Shown piece after piece: positions 16,968 to 26,199 of a stretch of DNA of 45,899 nucleotides (its first letter is position 1; every line of letters begins with the position of its first letter). The position numbers were made by a program, and so were the translations under genes. Below the pieces are notes generated by a model. That model was not told where the DNA came from and made no database searches. It worked only from the letters and a program-made list of their open reading frames with translations. Source of the DNA: Candidatus Thorarchaeota archaeon (lineage in GTDB: Archaea; Asgardarchaeota; Thorarchaeia; Thorarchaeales; Thorarchaeaceae); assembly GCA_048884965.1 (NCBI GenBank), contig JBHLQH010000030.1, positions 1 through 45,899 on the forward strand. Direction: 5' to 3'.

Positions 16968-17405
16968 ATGGTACTTTTACAGGAATCAAAAATCAAGCGC
17001 ACACTCATAGTACGTCTAGTACCAGGAGAGGATATCTTAGAATCATTGGAAAGCCTTACTCTTGAACAGGAAATTGAAGGGGCACAGATTTCATTCATTG
17101 GAGCCATTGCTGGTGCGACATTAGGCTACTTTGACCTGAATTCGAGGACCTACAAGAGCTTCTCGCTTATGGAGGACCTGGAGGTGACAAGTGGTATCGG
17201 CAACATCTCAAGATTGGAGGATGGAACACCTATTGTGCATGCTCATATCGTAGTTGCTGATGAGAGCGGCAAGTCATTCAGTGGACATCTAATGAAAGGG
17301 TGCATAGTTTCAGTCACGATAGAGATACTAATCAATGTCCTTGAGCAAAGGCTTCTTCGCACGAAGGATACACGATCTGGTCTAAATCTACTCAATCTTC
17401 GCTAG
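16968..17405 (+). CDS. PPC/DUF296 domain putative DNA-binding protein
   Basis: 'VRLVPGEDILESL', 'IGAI', 'EVTSGIGNIS', 'VHAHIV', 'GHL..G..V..TIE'. Confidence 0.9.
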   Translation: MVLLQESKIKRTLIVRLVPGEDILESLESLTLEQEIEGAQISFIGAIAGATLGYFDLNSRTYKSFSLMEDLEVTSGIGNISRLEDGTPIVHAHIVVADESGKSFSGHLMKGCIVSVTIEILINVLEQRLLRTKDTRSGLNLLNLR

Positions 17406-17826
17406 CATTCCGAATGAGCTCTGCAACGCGTTCGAGTTCCTCACGTGGAGCCATAGCATCATGATACCCTTCAGGAAATCTGAACCCAAAGTCAGCTCCT
17501 GCCTTTCTAGGTATCACATGAAAGTGAAGATGAGGTACTTCCTGACCTGCATTCCTTCCACTAGCTACAGTGTTCAATATTCCTGCACCTTCAAAGATGG
17601 AAGCTACTTTTCGATCTAGTAAAGCAAGCTTCGTAATCAAGTGTTGAAGGACCTGTGGATCAGCATCTAGCATATTTGTAGAATGTTCCTTAGGAATCAG
17701 AAGGCAATGTCCTTCGGTTACAGGGAAGATATCCATGAACGCGAGGCAAACATCATCCTCATAGATTTTGGTAGCAGGCATCTCGCCCCTCACTATTTTG
17801 CAGAAGATACAATCAGCACCAGTCAT
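17392..17826 (-). CDS. hit: HIT family nucleotide hydrolase
   Basis: 'DCIFCKIVRGE', 'AFMDIFP...GH.LLIPKEH', 'AGQEVPHLHFHVIPR'. Confidence 0.93.
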   Translation of the reverse strand: MTGADCIFCKIVRGEMPATKIYEDDVCLAFMDIFPVTEGHCLLIPKEHSTNMLDADPQVLQHLITKLALLDRKVASIFEGAGILNTVASGRNAGQEVPHLHFHVIPRKAGADFGFRFPEGYHDAMAPREELERVAELIRNASED

Positions 17827-17944
17827 AATATACACCCTTACAAGCTATTAGATAAACCGTTCGACGGATAGAATAGCTATCCCCGCAAGTCTCATTAGTT
17901 CATCTCACAAAAAGGTGAATACTTGGGTTCAGAAGGTGTACCAT

Positions 17945-19120
17945 TTGAGCGGACGTAGAAAACTTGTATTCTTTGATCAGACCCAGAATGAAAGGGGGCG
18001 CCTAGACTCAACCTACTCAGAACTAGGCAAGCTGCTCAAGGATAATGACTACGATGTAGAGCCATACACCGAATTTATGATTCTGCCCAAAAACTTGGAG
18101 AATTGTGCGGTTCTAGTTCTGGGATGCCCAAATAGCTCCAAACTAAGACAAGCGGAAATCGATGCCTTGAAGAAGTTTGTAAGGAATGGTGGAGGACTCT
18201 TTCTTCTCTCTCTATCAGGTGGAGATAGAGGACTCATGAATAATATGAGCAGTATCTCGGAAGCCTTTGGTATCGAATTCGAGAATACAGCTATCAAGGA
18301 TGATAGAAACAATGCAGGTCTTCCCACAATGCCGCTCATCAAGGAGTTCACAGGACATCCAATAACGAATGATATCAAAGATATCCTAGTTCCATCCGCT
18401 TGCTCATTGAAGGTTACCGAGAAAGCAACAATCGTCGCAAAGACCGCTGATACTGCAGATCCCCCTAGTAAACCAATAATAGCAGCTGCAGAGTTTGGCA
18501 AAGGCAAAGTCGTCTGCTCTGGAAGCTATGAGGTCTTTAGGAGAGGTGGGGGTCTAAAGCATCCCGGAAATGTGCAGTTTGCGGTAAATGCATTCTTGTG
18601 GCTTAGTGGTGGTGCATTAACATCAGTCGAAGAGGAGGAGGAAGTACCAGTGTCTGAAGCAGAAACAGAGAAAGCATCAAAGAAAGAGGCAGCCGCTTCT
18701 AAAGAGATGGAACAGACATTACGAAGATTAGTGAACGCGGTCTTTGATTTGCAAAAGGACATTGGAAAACTGACAAAACAAATTACGGATGTAGAGGAAA
18801 ACATCGAACTGCTACGAAATCAGTTCCAAGACTTCGCCGAGAAGACACAGGAACAACTGGGAGTAATGATACCAGCCAGACAATTCAAAAGTGATGATGA
18901 GAACAAGGCATCATCTATCGAGATGGATATCAAGTCTCTCGAATCGGAGCTACGTTCAGTGGAGCAGCTTCAAGATCATATTGAGCAACGACACTCCTCT
19001 GGTGCGATGCCAAGAGAAGCCTATGATGAGCAATCTCAGAAACTACGAGAAAGAATCGAGAGTCTCGCAAAGAAAATTGAGAAGAAGAAGGATGAGCTCA
19101 AAGCACTCACGAATGACTGA
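17945..19120 (+). CDS. Cytoplasmic GIFT/DUF4350 (IFT52-like) domain protein with coiled coil and C-terminal helical hairpin
   Basis: 'FFDQTQNE...YSEL...L...VLVLGCP....L...EIDALKKFVRNGGGLFLL...GGD....N...I...FGIEF', 'HPIT', 'FGKGKVV', 'N.QF..N...WL'. TTG start after AGGTG; no signal peptide. Confidence 0.8.
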   Translation: MSGRRKLVFFDQTQNERGRLDSTYSELGKLLKDNDYDVEPYTEFMILPKNLENCAVLVLGCPNSSKLRQAEIDALKKFVRNGGGLFLLSLSGGDRGLMNNMSSISEAFGIEFENTAIKDDRNNAGLPTMPLIKEFTGHPITNDIKDILVPSACSLKVTEKATIVAKTADTADPPSKPIIAAAEFGKGKVVCSGSYEVFRRGGGLKHPGNVQFAVNAFLWLSGGALTSVEEEEEVPVSEAETEKASKKEAAASKEMEQTLRRLVNAVFDLQKDIGKLTKQITDVEENIELLRNQFQDFAEKTQEQLGVMIPARQFKSDDENKASSIEMDIKSLESELRSVEQLQDHIEQRHSSGAMPREAYDEQSQKLRERIESLAKKIEKKKDELKALTND

Positions 19121-19132
19121 CTTCATTCAGGA

Positions 19133-20959
19133 TTATTCTCTGTGAGGGACTTTGTTCCCTTCCATCAATATCTCAATTGAAAGAATGACTGTACTTAGAT
19201 GGTTTATCACGATTTGATCTCCTTCTGGTAAGGTCAAATGATGACTCATTGCAGAAAGGTCTTCGTCAAGATCTCCGGTCCAAGTTCTTGCTGTCTTCTC
19301 AGAAAGTAACTCGCCATCCAGATAGACCTTCGAGCGAAGGATTTTCTCTCTCTTGAAGAGCTGATCAAGGGCTCCTACAAAGCAAATCGATAGGGTATGG
19401 GATCCAATCGAAATGGTTCGCCATTGGGAGGGGCCTCTAGCTTCTCGCAGACTGGCTAGCCTAGCAGAGATTGGTTTGAGTTTCTTGCTAACGACCCTCT
19501 TACACCATCTGTGTGGAGTCGTTACCACATGCCAGAATGCACCAATTTGCTCTGTTAGGAAATAGCTAATGAGAACCAAAAGAACTGCGAACAGGTAGAT
19601 TGATCGATTAGGGATGATTATTGCCAGGGAAATTAGAGCTGGCAGATAGAGCATTGAATATGAAAAAGGTACAGTATCTTCTTCACTATTCACCATCTTT
19701 GCAGAGGAGAATATTGAGAAGAAGGGAGCAAAAAGCACAAAGTAATACTTGTACACCCCTCTAGGGCCCATCAAGTGTACCCACAGCATTAGTAGTAATG
19801 TAAGGAACAGGAGTCTTCGCATATAGAATTTCGATCTGTTTGCAGGCCTTCGTTCAAGCAACATGAGACCAAAGAGCACCATTACACCAAACGTAAGCAA
19901 AAAGCCATAGAATATTACAAAATCAAGGAATTGGGCAACTTCCGGCAACCCAGCTGCAACAGGAAGGACTTGAAAACGAATCGGGCTGCCATATCCAGGT
20001 AGTTCTGTGTAAGACTCAAGAGCAAACCCTCCTGCTGCAAGTGAGAGATTCCCCATGAACCAAGGAGTCGCAATGATATACGGAAGAAACACAGCGACGA
20101 CAAAACCTACTACAAGTAGAGTACTTATCCCGAATCCTTTCAAATCGAAGTAATTGGAGAGAAAGCTGAGCGTGCTGGATTTCTTTTCCTTTTGGGCATC
20201 AATAATGGTCGAATCCTTATCCTCAGAGGGCTTTTGTGGACGCACTAGAAGATAGACAACTAGTGGAATCCCAAGAAACCATGCAGTCTGTTTGAAAAGA
20301 GCAGCACACACGATGAGGATGGTCCCAGTGTGTCTACGCCCCTTGATGAGCATGTAGAAGCCTGAGAAGAAGAAAAAGATGAAGGGAGCGGGATTCAGCC
20401 AGATAAATAAGCTATAGTACAATGTCAACGGATTGAATAGATAAGTAAGTGCAGCAACCTCGCCTACATGACGATTATTGGACAGCTCGCGAACAATACC
20501 ATAAACAGGAAACACCGTCAAAAAGCCAAAGGATGCAATCAGGAAACCAATACCCCACTGATCGACTGGCAGTGCAATCCCAGCTGCATATAGGTAGGCA
20601 TAGAATGGTGGGAACATGTATGATCCATTCTCATTGGTATACCCATTCAATATGATATATCCAAAATCAGGGTCATATGGAAGAACACCTCGCAACAGGT
20701 TATTTCCCCAATGAACATAGTAGAAGCTATAATCCGTATAGCCTTCAAACTGAAATGAAACAGATATGCCAAAGAGATCGATAGTATCGTTGCCAAGCCA
20801 TACTCCACGTGTTCGCCAGAAGGTAGTGTCTAAGTAGTCCTCTACTGCGATATTGAATATCAGCATCCATACTTGAAGACCTATTATCACTATCAAGAAG
20901 AAGAGCAGATTGTCATGAATGAACTTGACAATTCGATCAATCTTTGGTAATTGGCTCAT
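19133..20959 (-). CDS. GT-C fold membrane glycosyltransferase (GT87/PMT-like)
   Basis: Many TM helices, 'D...YY..WG..LL.G..PY', 'Y.FPP', 'LFNP', 'LFKQ', 'PF..IF'. Confidence 0.75.
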   Translation of the reverse strand: MSQLPKIDRIVKFIHDNLLFFLIVIIGLQVWMLIFNIAVEDYLDTTFWRTRGVWLGNDTIDLFGISVSFQFEGYTDYSFYYVHWGNNLLRGVLPYDPDFGYIILNGYTNENGSYMFPPFYAYLYAAGIALPVDQWGIGFLIASFGFLTVFPVYGIVRELSNNRHVGEVAALTYLFNPLTLYYSLFIWLNPAPFIFFFFSGFYMLIKGRRHTGTILIVCAALFKQTAWFLGIPLVVYLLVRPQKPSEDKDSTIIDAQKEKKSSTLSFLSNYFDLKGFGISTLLVVGFVVAVFLPYIIATPWFMGNLSLAAGGFALESYTELPGYGSPIRFQVLPVAAGLPEVAQFLDFVIFYGFLLTFGVMVLFGLMLLERRPANRSKFYMRRLLFLTLLLMLWVHLMGPRGVYKYYFVLFAPFFSIFSSAKMVNSEEDTVPFSYSMLYLPALISLAIIIPNRSIYLFAVLLVLISYFLTEQIGAFWHVVTTPHRWCKRVVSKKLKPISARLASLREARGPSQWRTISIGSHTLSICFVGALDQLFKREKILRSKVYLDGELLSEKTARTWTGDLDEDLSAMSHHLTLPEGDQIVINHLSTVILSIEILMEGNKVPHRE

Positions 20960-21015
20960 ACATCAGGGGTAGAAAAACCCAACTCATTAACTCTTTCCTT
21001 TCAAGAAAGTTGTAA

Positions 21016-23100
21016 CTATTCGTCGGAGCTAGCTTGAAGGACTGCGATACTTGAGCTTCCGGTCTTGCTCACATCGATTACAGGAACACCCTCCCAAGAT
21101 TGCACATCTGTATGTGTGATTAGGAAAATTTGTTGGAATGATTGGTCATTCAGGAGATTTTGAACGACTGAAAGACGCCTTTGTCTATCTAGACCTCCTA
21201 ATGGTTCATCAAGAAGGACACATCGCACTCGTGGAGATATAGCGGGACTGTCTTTCAATGGACGGATTGCACTCATAGTACGACTAATCCCTAGCCTCAG
21301 AGCAAGACTGACAGCTGTTCTATCTCCAAAACTGAGTTGTGAAGTTTTCTTTGTCGCATTATCTCGCTGATCCTGAATTTTGAGAAGAAGACCTGCACCA
21401 CCACGACCTGATGCCTTTGTAGGGATGAGATCAACCCCAGAGTATTGATCATTTGTGAAAGCCCGGACATATGGATTTGTTGCGCCTCGTACTATACCAA
21501 TCAATCTCTTTTGGATTACATAATCTGCCAAGAATCCACTCACCAATTTTCTTCGGACATATTGAGTGTGTTCGCGTAGGGACTTGAGATTCTCCATTTC
21601 AGCCCCGATGCTCTTCATGGTAGCAATATCCTCGCCTAGTTTTGTGATTCTGTTCTCCTCTTCTTGAATGGCATCTTCCAGAGATTTGTATTCAGCTTCA
21701 GAGGAACGCAAATCTCCCTCCAAGCGAGTAAGGGTTCTATGTAAATCTGTAATATCCTTCGAATCGTGCTTCTTGAGCAATGCATCAATGCTTTTGATAC
21801 CCAAGTTCGTTAGCGTTTCAGAGAGCTTGTTTTGTATTTCTTTGGATTGGCTCTCCAACGCGTTCACATCTTTTTGAAGCTCAATTACTCTGCCAATTGA
21901 ATCAACGAGTTTACTGATCTCATGCTTCCTATTATTGGCATGTTGCATATTCTCAGAGAGCTCTTCTCGTTTTTGCTTCAACTCCTCTGCACGAGATAAG
22001 ACATTCTTTATTGTCCGCCGATATTCACCAAGTATACTATTCCTTTCCTCAACTGTCAGGGGTTTTAGGCATGTTGGACAATTGACAGCATCCTCATCGG
22101 ATTGGAGTGTATCGGACGCCTTTTGAAGACGTTTTCCTTCTCCTAACAATGAACCAACCTCAAAATCGATCTCGGAGATCTCATCTTTCAATTGGTCCTC
22201 TGTGGTAGTGTATTGTTGGGATTGCTTTTTCAATGAGGCCATTCTTGCCAATACAAGTTGTTCATCTGCAGACAGCAATCCTTTGTCCTTACTTAGTTCA
22301 AGATCTCGTGTCTTGAGGGTTCCCTCCAGTTCGACCTTTATTCTGTCAAATTGCTGTTGAAGATTGTATAGAGTTTCAAGAATGTTGGAATCAGGCAGCT
22401 TCTTCAGAGTCTTTTCCGCTTCCTTCACACGGCTCGCTTTCTCCTTCAGAGCTGCTTTCTGGGTAACTATTTTCTCCTTTGCCTCTTCGATTTTCTGCCG
22501 TATATACTCTGGATTTGTGTAATCATATTCTAATGCATTATAGCGATTCGTCAAATCATTCTCAAGATTACGAAGTTGATCCTCCATCTTATCGAGCAAA
22601 TCCAGATTGTATATCTCGACTAGCATACCGCGTAGAACTGAAGGTGTGGCATTTGCTATTAATGCCACCTCACCTTGACGCACGAGTAGCGTATTTAGAG
22701 CCTGCTTAGAACTAATGTTTAGAATTGACTCGATCTCAGTTTCCACAGTACGAGTTTTATCAGCCACTCTTTTCCAGGAGCTACCAGTCTTATGGTAAAG
22801 AATTACATTCATGCCACTGGCAGAATCATAGGATCGCTCAATCTTATAGCGATGGCCGCTTACTTCGAAGATCAAGCTCACCTTGCAGAACGATGATGAG
22901 AAGCTTACGAGTTCATCGTTCGTAAGATCCACAGTAGTAGGTCCCCATATTGCCCATAGAATCGCCTCAAAGAGTGATGACTTTCCTGTTGAGTTTGGAC
23001 CCTTAATCAGAATCAATCCATCGGGTAGCTCTCCTTCCTGAGGTACCACAAGATTCCTGAATGGTTTGAAGTTTTGAATCTCGATAGAGATTATCTTCAA
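21016..23100 (-). CDS. rad50: Rad50 SMC-like ATPase
   Basis: Walker A 'GPNSTGKSS', Q-loop 'VRQGE', zinc hook 'CPTC', signature 'LSFGD', Walker B 'LLDEP', 'ITH'. Confidence 0.93.
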   Translation of the reverse strand: MKIISIEIQNFKPFRNLVVPQEGELPDGLILIKGPNSTGKSSLFEAILWAIWGPTTVDLTNDELVSFSSSFCKVSLIFEVSGHRYKIERSYDSASGMNVILYHKTGSSWKRVADKTRTVETEIESILNISSKQALNTLLVRQGEVALIANATPSVLRGMLVEIYNLDLLDKMEDQLRNLENDLTNRYNALEYDYTNPEYIRQKIEEAKEKIVTQKAALKEKASRVKEAEKTLKKLPDSNILETLYNLQQQFDRIKVELEGTLKTRDLELSKDKGLLSADEQLVLARMASLKKQSQQYTTTEDQLKDEISEIDFEVGSLLGEGKRLQKASDTLQSDEDAVNCPTCLKPLTVEERNSILGEYRRTIKNVLSRAEELKQKREELSENMQHANNRKHEISKLVDSIGRVIELQKDVNALESQSKEIQNKLSETLTNLGIKSIDALLKKHDSKDITDLHRTLTRLEGDLRSSEAEYKSLEDAIQEEENRITKLGEDIATMKSIGAEMENLKSLREHTQYVRRKLVSGFLADYVIQKRLIGIVRGATNPYVRAFTNDQYSGVDLIPTKASGRGGAGLLLKIQDQRDNATKKTSQLSFGDRTAVSLALRLGISRTMSAIRPLKDSPAISPRVRCVLLDEPLGGLDRQRRLSVVQNLLNDQSFQQIFLITHTDVQSWEGVPVIDVSKTGSSSIAVLQASSDE

Positions 23101-24407
23101 TCAGAACCCTCCTCAGTGATTGACTCAAGAGTCATTTTATCATCCTCCTGAGATACAGACTTCTTCAAAGCTGTAACAGCAATCTTGGTCAATAAGGATG
23201 AGTCAAAACTTTCTTCAATTTTGATTGTATCAAGATATTCAAGGAAATCACTTTCCGGATCTTCAATAAGGAATTCAGATTCTATCTCAGGATATGCAGC
23301 CGGATCATGCTCAACTACCGGAGTCTTCAGAGTCCACTTCATCTGTACTAAGTTATAATCAGAGTCGTTTCCAAGAGCCTTCAACCGAAATGACTCCAAT
23401 GCAATGCTAAGATCGACCCCATTTACTTTCGTAGAGGAACCGTCTATCACAATTCTAATTCTAGCAGCAGTTTCTGGATTCCATGGCGTCTTTACTCCTG
23501 AATCCTCAAGCAAAGTATGCAATTTCTCCATCACTGATTCAATGGTATCATCGGACTCAATCGTCAACCGCTCATTGAAGACAGGGCGAACAAAATCAAG
23601 ATGTATCTCGGTAACCTCGACGTCTTGACTTTCAGATATATCAACAACAAGGAACCCCTTCTGATGCCTAATCTCGTCAAACCGCCATCGCTCAGGAGAG
23701 CCTGCATACCATGCATTCTTAGCATGTCTATGTTGATGATGGTCATGGCCGAGTGCGATATAATCGTAAGGTAATGAGAATATGGCAGGATAAAGAGTTT
23801 CATCTAATTCCATGCCATGAGCTACAGCTATAGAAGCACGCTTGGCAATTGGCTTTTGATAGGTGAGAATCCAGTCGTTATACTTCTCTGTTAGATTGGA
23901 TGAATCAAGGACGTTCTTCTCCAGAAAGGGAAAACAATAGACGTCTAGTTTCTCCAAATTCTTGACCAAAGGTTGACCAGCTGAAAAAGCTCGTTTCAAT
24001 TCCTGTTGAGTAGCAACTAATAGGCCAGGAACAGCAATTCTTAGGGTATCGAGCAGTGATACTTCTAGAGAACGATATAGTCCATGATTACCTTCGAGAA
24101 TCAGTACAGGTATGCCAGTCGTTTCAATGAAGTTCTTTAGGACAGAGATAGCAATCTCTTGTGCAACAACTGGAGGCTGAAGCGGATTGCCTTCCCATGG
24201 AGAATTGTAAAGATCACCTGAGTGGACAACGATATCAACCGGGGGGTCTAGTGCAGCGATGGTTTCGAATAGCTCTTTGAATCTCTCATAATAGTCATTT
24301 TCGAGGAGCTGTGTCCTCATTTCAACGCCCCAAGCATTTTGCTTGATTCCATCTCTAGGCCTAGTTCCAAGATGTGTATCAGAGATGTGGGCTATTCTAA
24401 TGGACAT
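23097..24407 (-). CDS. mre11: Mre11 nuclease
   Basis: 'HISDTHLG', 'HSGDLY', 'GNH', 'AHG', 'YIALGHDH', 'YAGSPER'; overlaps the rad50 start by 4 nt. Confidence 0.93.
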   Translation of the reverse strand: MSIRIAHISDTHLGTRPRDGIKQNAWGVEMRTQLLENDYYERFKELFETIAALDPPVDIVVHSGDLYNSPWEGNPLQPPVVAQEIAISVLKNFIETTGIPVLILEGNHGLYRSLEVSLLDTLRIAVPGLLVATQQELKRAFSAGQPLVKNLEKLDVYCFPFLEKNVLDSSNLTEKYNDWILTYQKPIAKRASIAVAHGMELDETLYPAIFSLPYDYIALGHDHHQHRHAKNAWYAGSPERWRFDEIRHQKGFLVVDISESQDVEVTEIHLDFVRPVFNERLTIESDDTIESVMEKLHTLLEDSGVKTPWNPETAARIRIVIDGSSTKVNGVDLSIALESFRLKALGNDSDYNLVQMKWTLKTPVVEHDPAAYPEIESEFLIEDPESDFLEYLDTIKIEESFDSSLLTKIAVTALKKSVSQEDDKMTLESITEEGSD

Positions 24408-24418
24408 ACACAAGTACC

Positions 24419-26182
24419 TCAGATTTCATGCTTCTCTTCTTTCTTCTTTGTACTTTTTGGCTTGTACTTTGCACGATCACGATTGAAGACATCGTCAAAA
24501 AGAGGGATCTTGACAGGTAGCGGTAGTTCTCGATATGATGCCGTAAGTAAGGCTTCTCCACGAGACATCACTCTGAATTCGTTCTCAAAACCAGTGATAT
24601 TCACACTTGCATTTTCAATACAAGCACGGATCTCACGTTCATTTCCAAGACGAAGATTGATTTCAGTATTCATCTGTGAAAGAATCACGTTATCTAGGAC
24701 ACTCACTTGTTGGCTAACCACTAGTAGTCCTATGTTGAATTTTCTACCTTGTCGTGAGATATCCTTGAAGACGGAATGTCCCTTCATTAGCTCGGGATTG
24801 AGAATCGACGGTGCCTCTTCTACAGTGATTTGAATAACCGGTAACTCCCGAGGGTCGCGCGTTGGCGTATCATCAGACGAACCAGATTTGCCATAGTAAG
24901 TTCGAGCCTTTGCTCGCACCCGACTGTAGAAGGGACTGGGTAGTCTCATTCCCGCCTGTCGGTCAAAATCACCTAGCGTACCACTACTTTTTAGGGCTCG
25001 TCGCATATCCGACAGCGTACGAGTAACAATTGTTGTCAGAAGAAATTGCTCCTGATCGCTCATTAGGCTTGTATTTACAACAAGAATTCTTCCTGTTTCC
25101 ATCGCCTCAAAGATATGATCTAGAACTGAAGTGCCAGTTTCCTCAAAAATTGGACTTCTCTCTACGAAACGTAAACGTCGTTGCACTGCTTTGAGAGTTC
25201 CTTGAGGCGTACCCGAAGGATCTTCATCCATGCCCTGGATTGCAGATATCCAATCCTCCTTTTTGGAGCCATATACGGAATCAATGAAAGCAGACATCTG
25301 AGGGGTGAATTCCATTATTGAATACAAATCGCGAGGCTGGATCTCATTCCAAAGAATACGAATCTCTTTCCCATATCGTCTCACCTCACGTTGTGTGGCA
25401 GATAGATGGGTTGTGAGATAATAGAAATCACCTAGAACCTGTTTCCGTGTGGATTCGTCCATTGACTCTACAATGTTTTGAATTCCATATTTGTCAGTAC
25501 CTTTTGCGAACTCATCGTGTGGGTCGATGCAAAAGGAAGAAACCTTGAGTGTGTCGTCCTTCAAACCTTGATTGATATCGAGATTGGTATCAATCATGGA
25601 CTTGATTAAAACCATCATTAAATTGCTCTTGCCTGCACCAGTCGAACCGAAGATGCCGACATGCATTGGCAGGTACTTTGATGGAATCTTAACAGGAACG
25701 TCAAGAGATTCCTCACCTATTTGGAGGTCTCCAACATAGACCTCACCATCTGTTTGATCCTCAAGCATCTCCATTACGTGAGAGTCCGATATTCCTTTTT
25801 GCGGACGATATACATCTGCTAGATGGTCGGGAAGTCTCCTCGGAGACCGAAACTTCCACTCACCCTTTGTCTTCTCTGCGTACCCAAGCATCTTCCCATC
25901 AACTTGGAGAAGCATATTACGTTCAATCCCTGATAGGTATGAATCACCTTCAACCATGAGTGTACTGGCGACTCTGGCAATATCATCAACTTGACGAAGG
26001 TAATTCTGAAGGCCCAAGACCCTGAAGAAGAACACTCTCTCCTTCCCATCACGGCATGAATATATCATGAATATCTCGCCAACGCTGATATCACGGTTGC
26101 TTCCCATGATACCAAGCATCGTCTGGTTCCCGACTCCAACTTTACCATAGTGTTCTCCCAATTCGTCCTTGTTCAACGTCAT
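24419..26182 (-). CDS. herA: HerA DNA translocase/ATPase
   Basis: HAS barrel, 'HVGIFGSTGAGKSN', 'IDPHDEF', 'VEEAP', 'RQGRKF.IGL..VSQ'. Confidence 0.92.
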   Translation of the reverse strand: MTLNKDELGEHYGKVGVGNQTMLGIMGSNRDISVGEIFMIYSCRDGKERVFFFRVLGLQNYLRQVDDIARVASTLMVEGDSYLSGIERNMLLQVDGKMLGYAEKTKGEWKFRSPRRLPDHLADVYRPQKGISDSHVMEMLEDQTDGEVYVGDLQIGEESLDVPVKIPSKYLPMHVGIFGSTGAGKSNLMMVLIKSMIDTNLDINQGLKDDTLKVSSFCIDPHDEFAKGTDKYGIQNIVESMDESTRKQVLGDFYYLTTHLSATQREVRRYGKEIRILWNEIQPRDLYSIMEFTPQMSAFIDSVYGSKKEDWISAIQGMDEDPSGTPQGTLKAVQRRLRFVERSPIFEETGTSVLDHIFEAMETGRILVVNTSLMSDQEQFLLTTIVTRTLSDMRRALKSSGTLGDFDRQAGMRLPSPFYSRVRAKARTYYGKSGSSDDTPTRDPRELPVIQITVEEAPSILNPELMKGHSVFKDISRQGRKFNIGLLVVSQQVSVLDNVILSQMNTEINLRLGNEREIRACIENASVNITGFENEFRVMSRGEALLTASYRELPLPVKIPLFDDVFNRDRAKYKPKSTKKKEEKHEI

Positions 26183-26199
26183 TTCAGTACCTCCAATTG

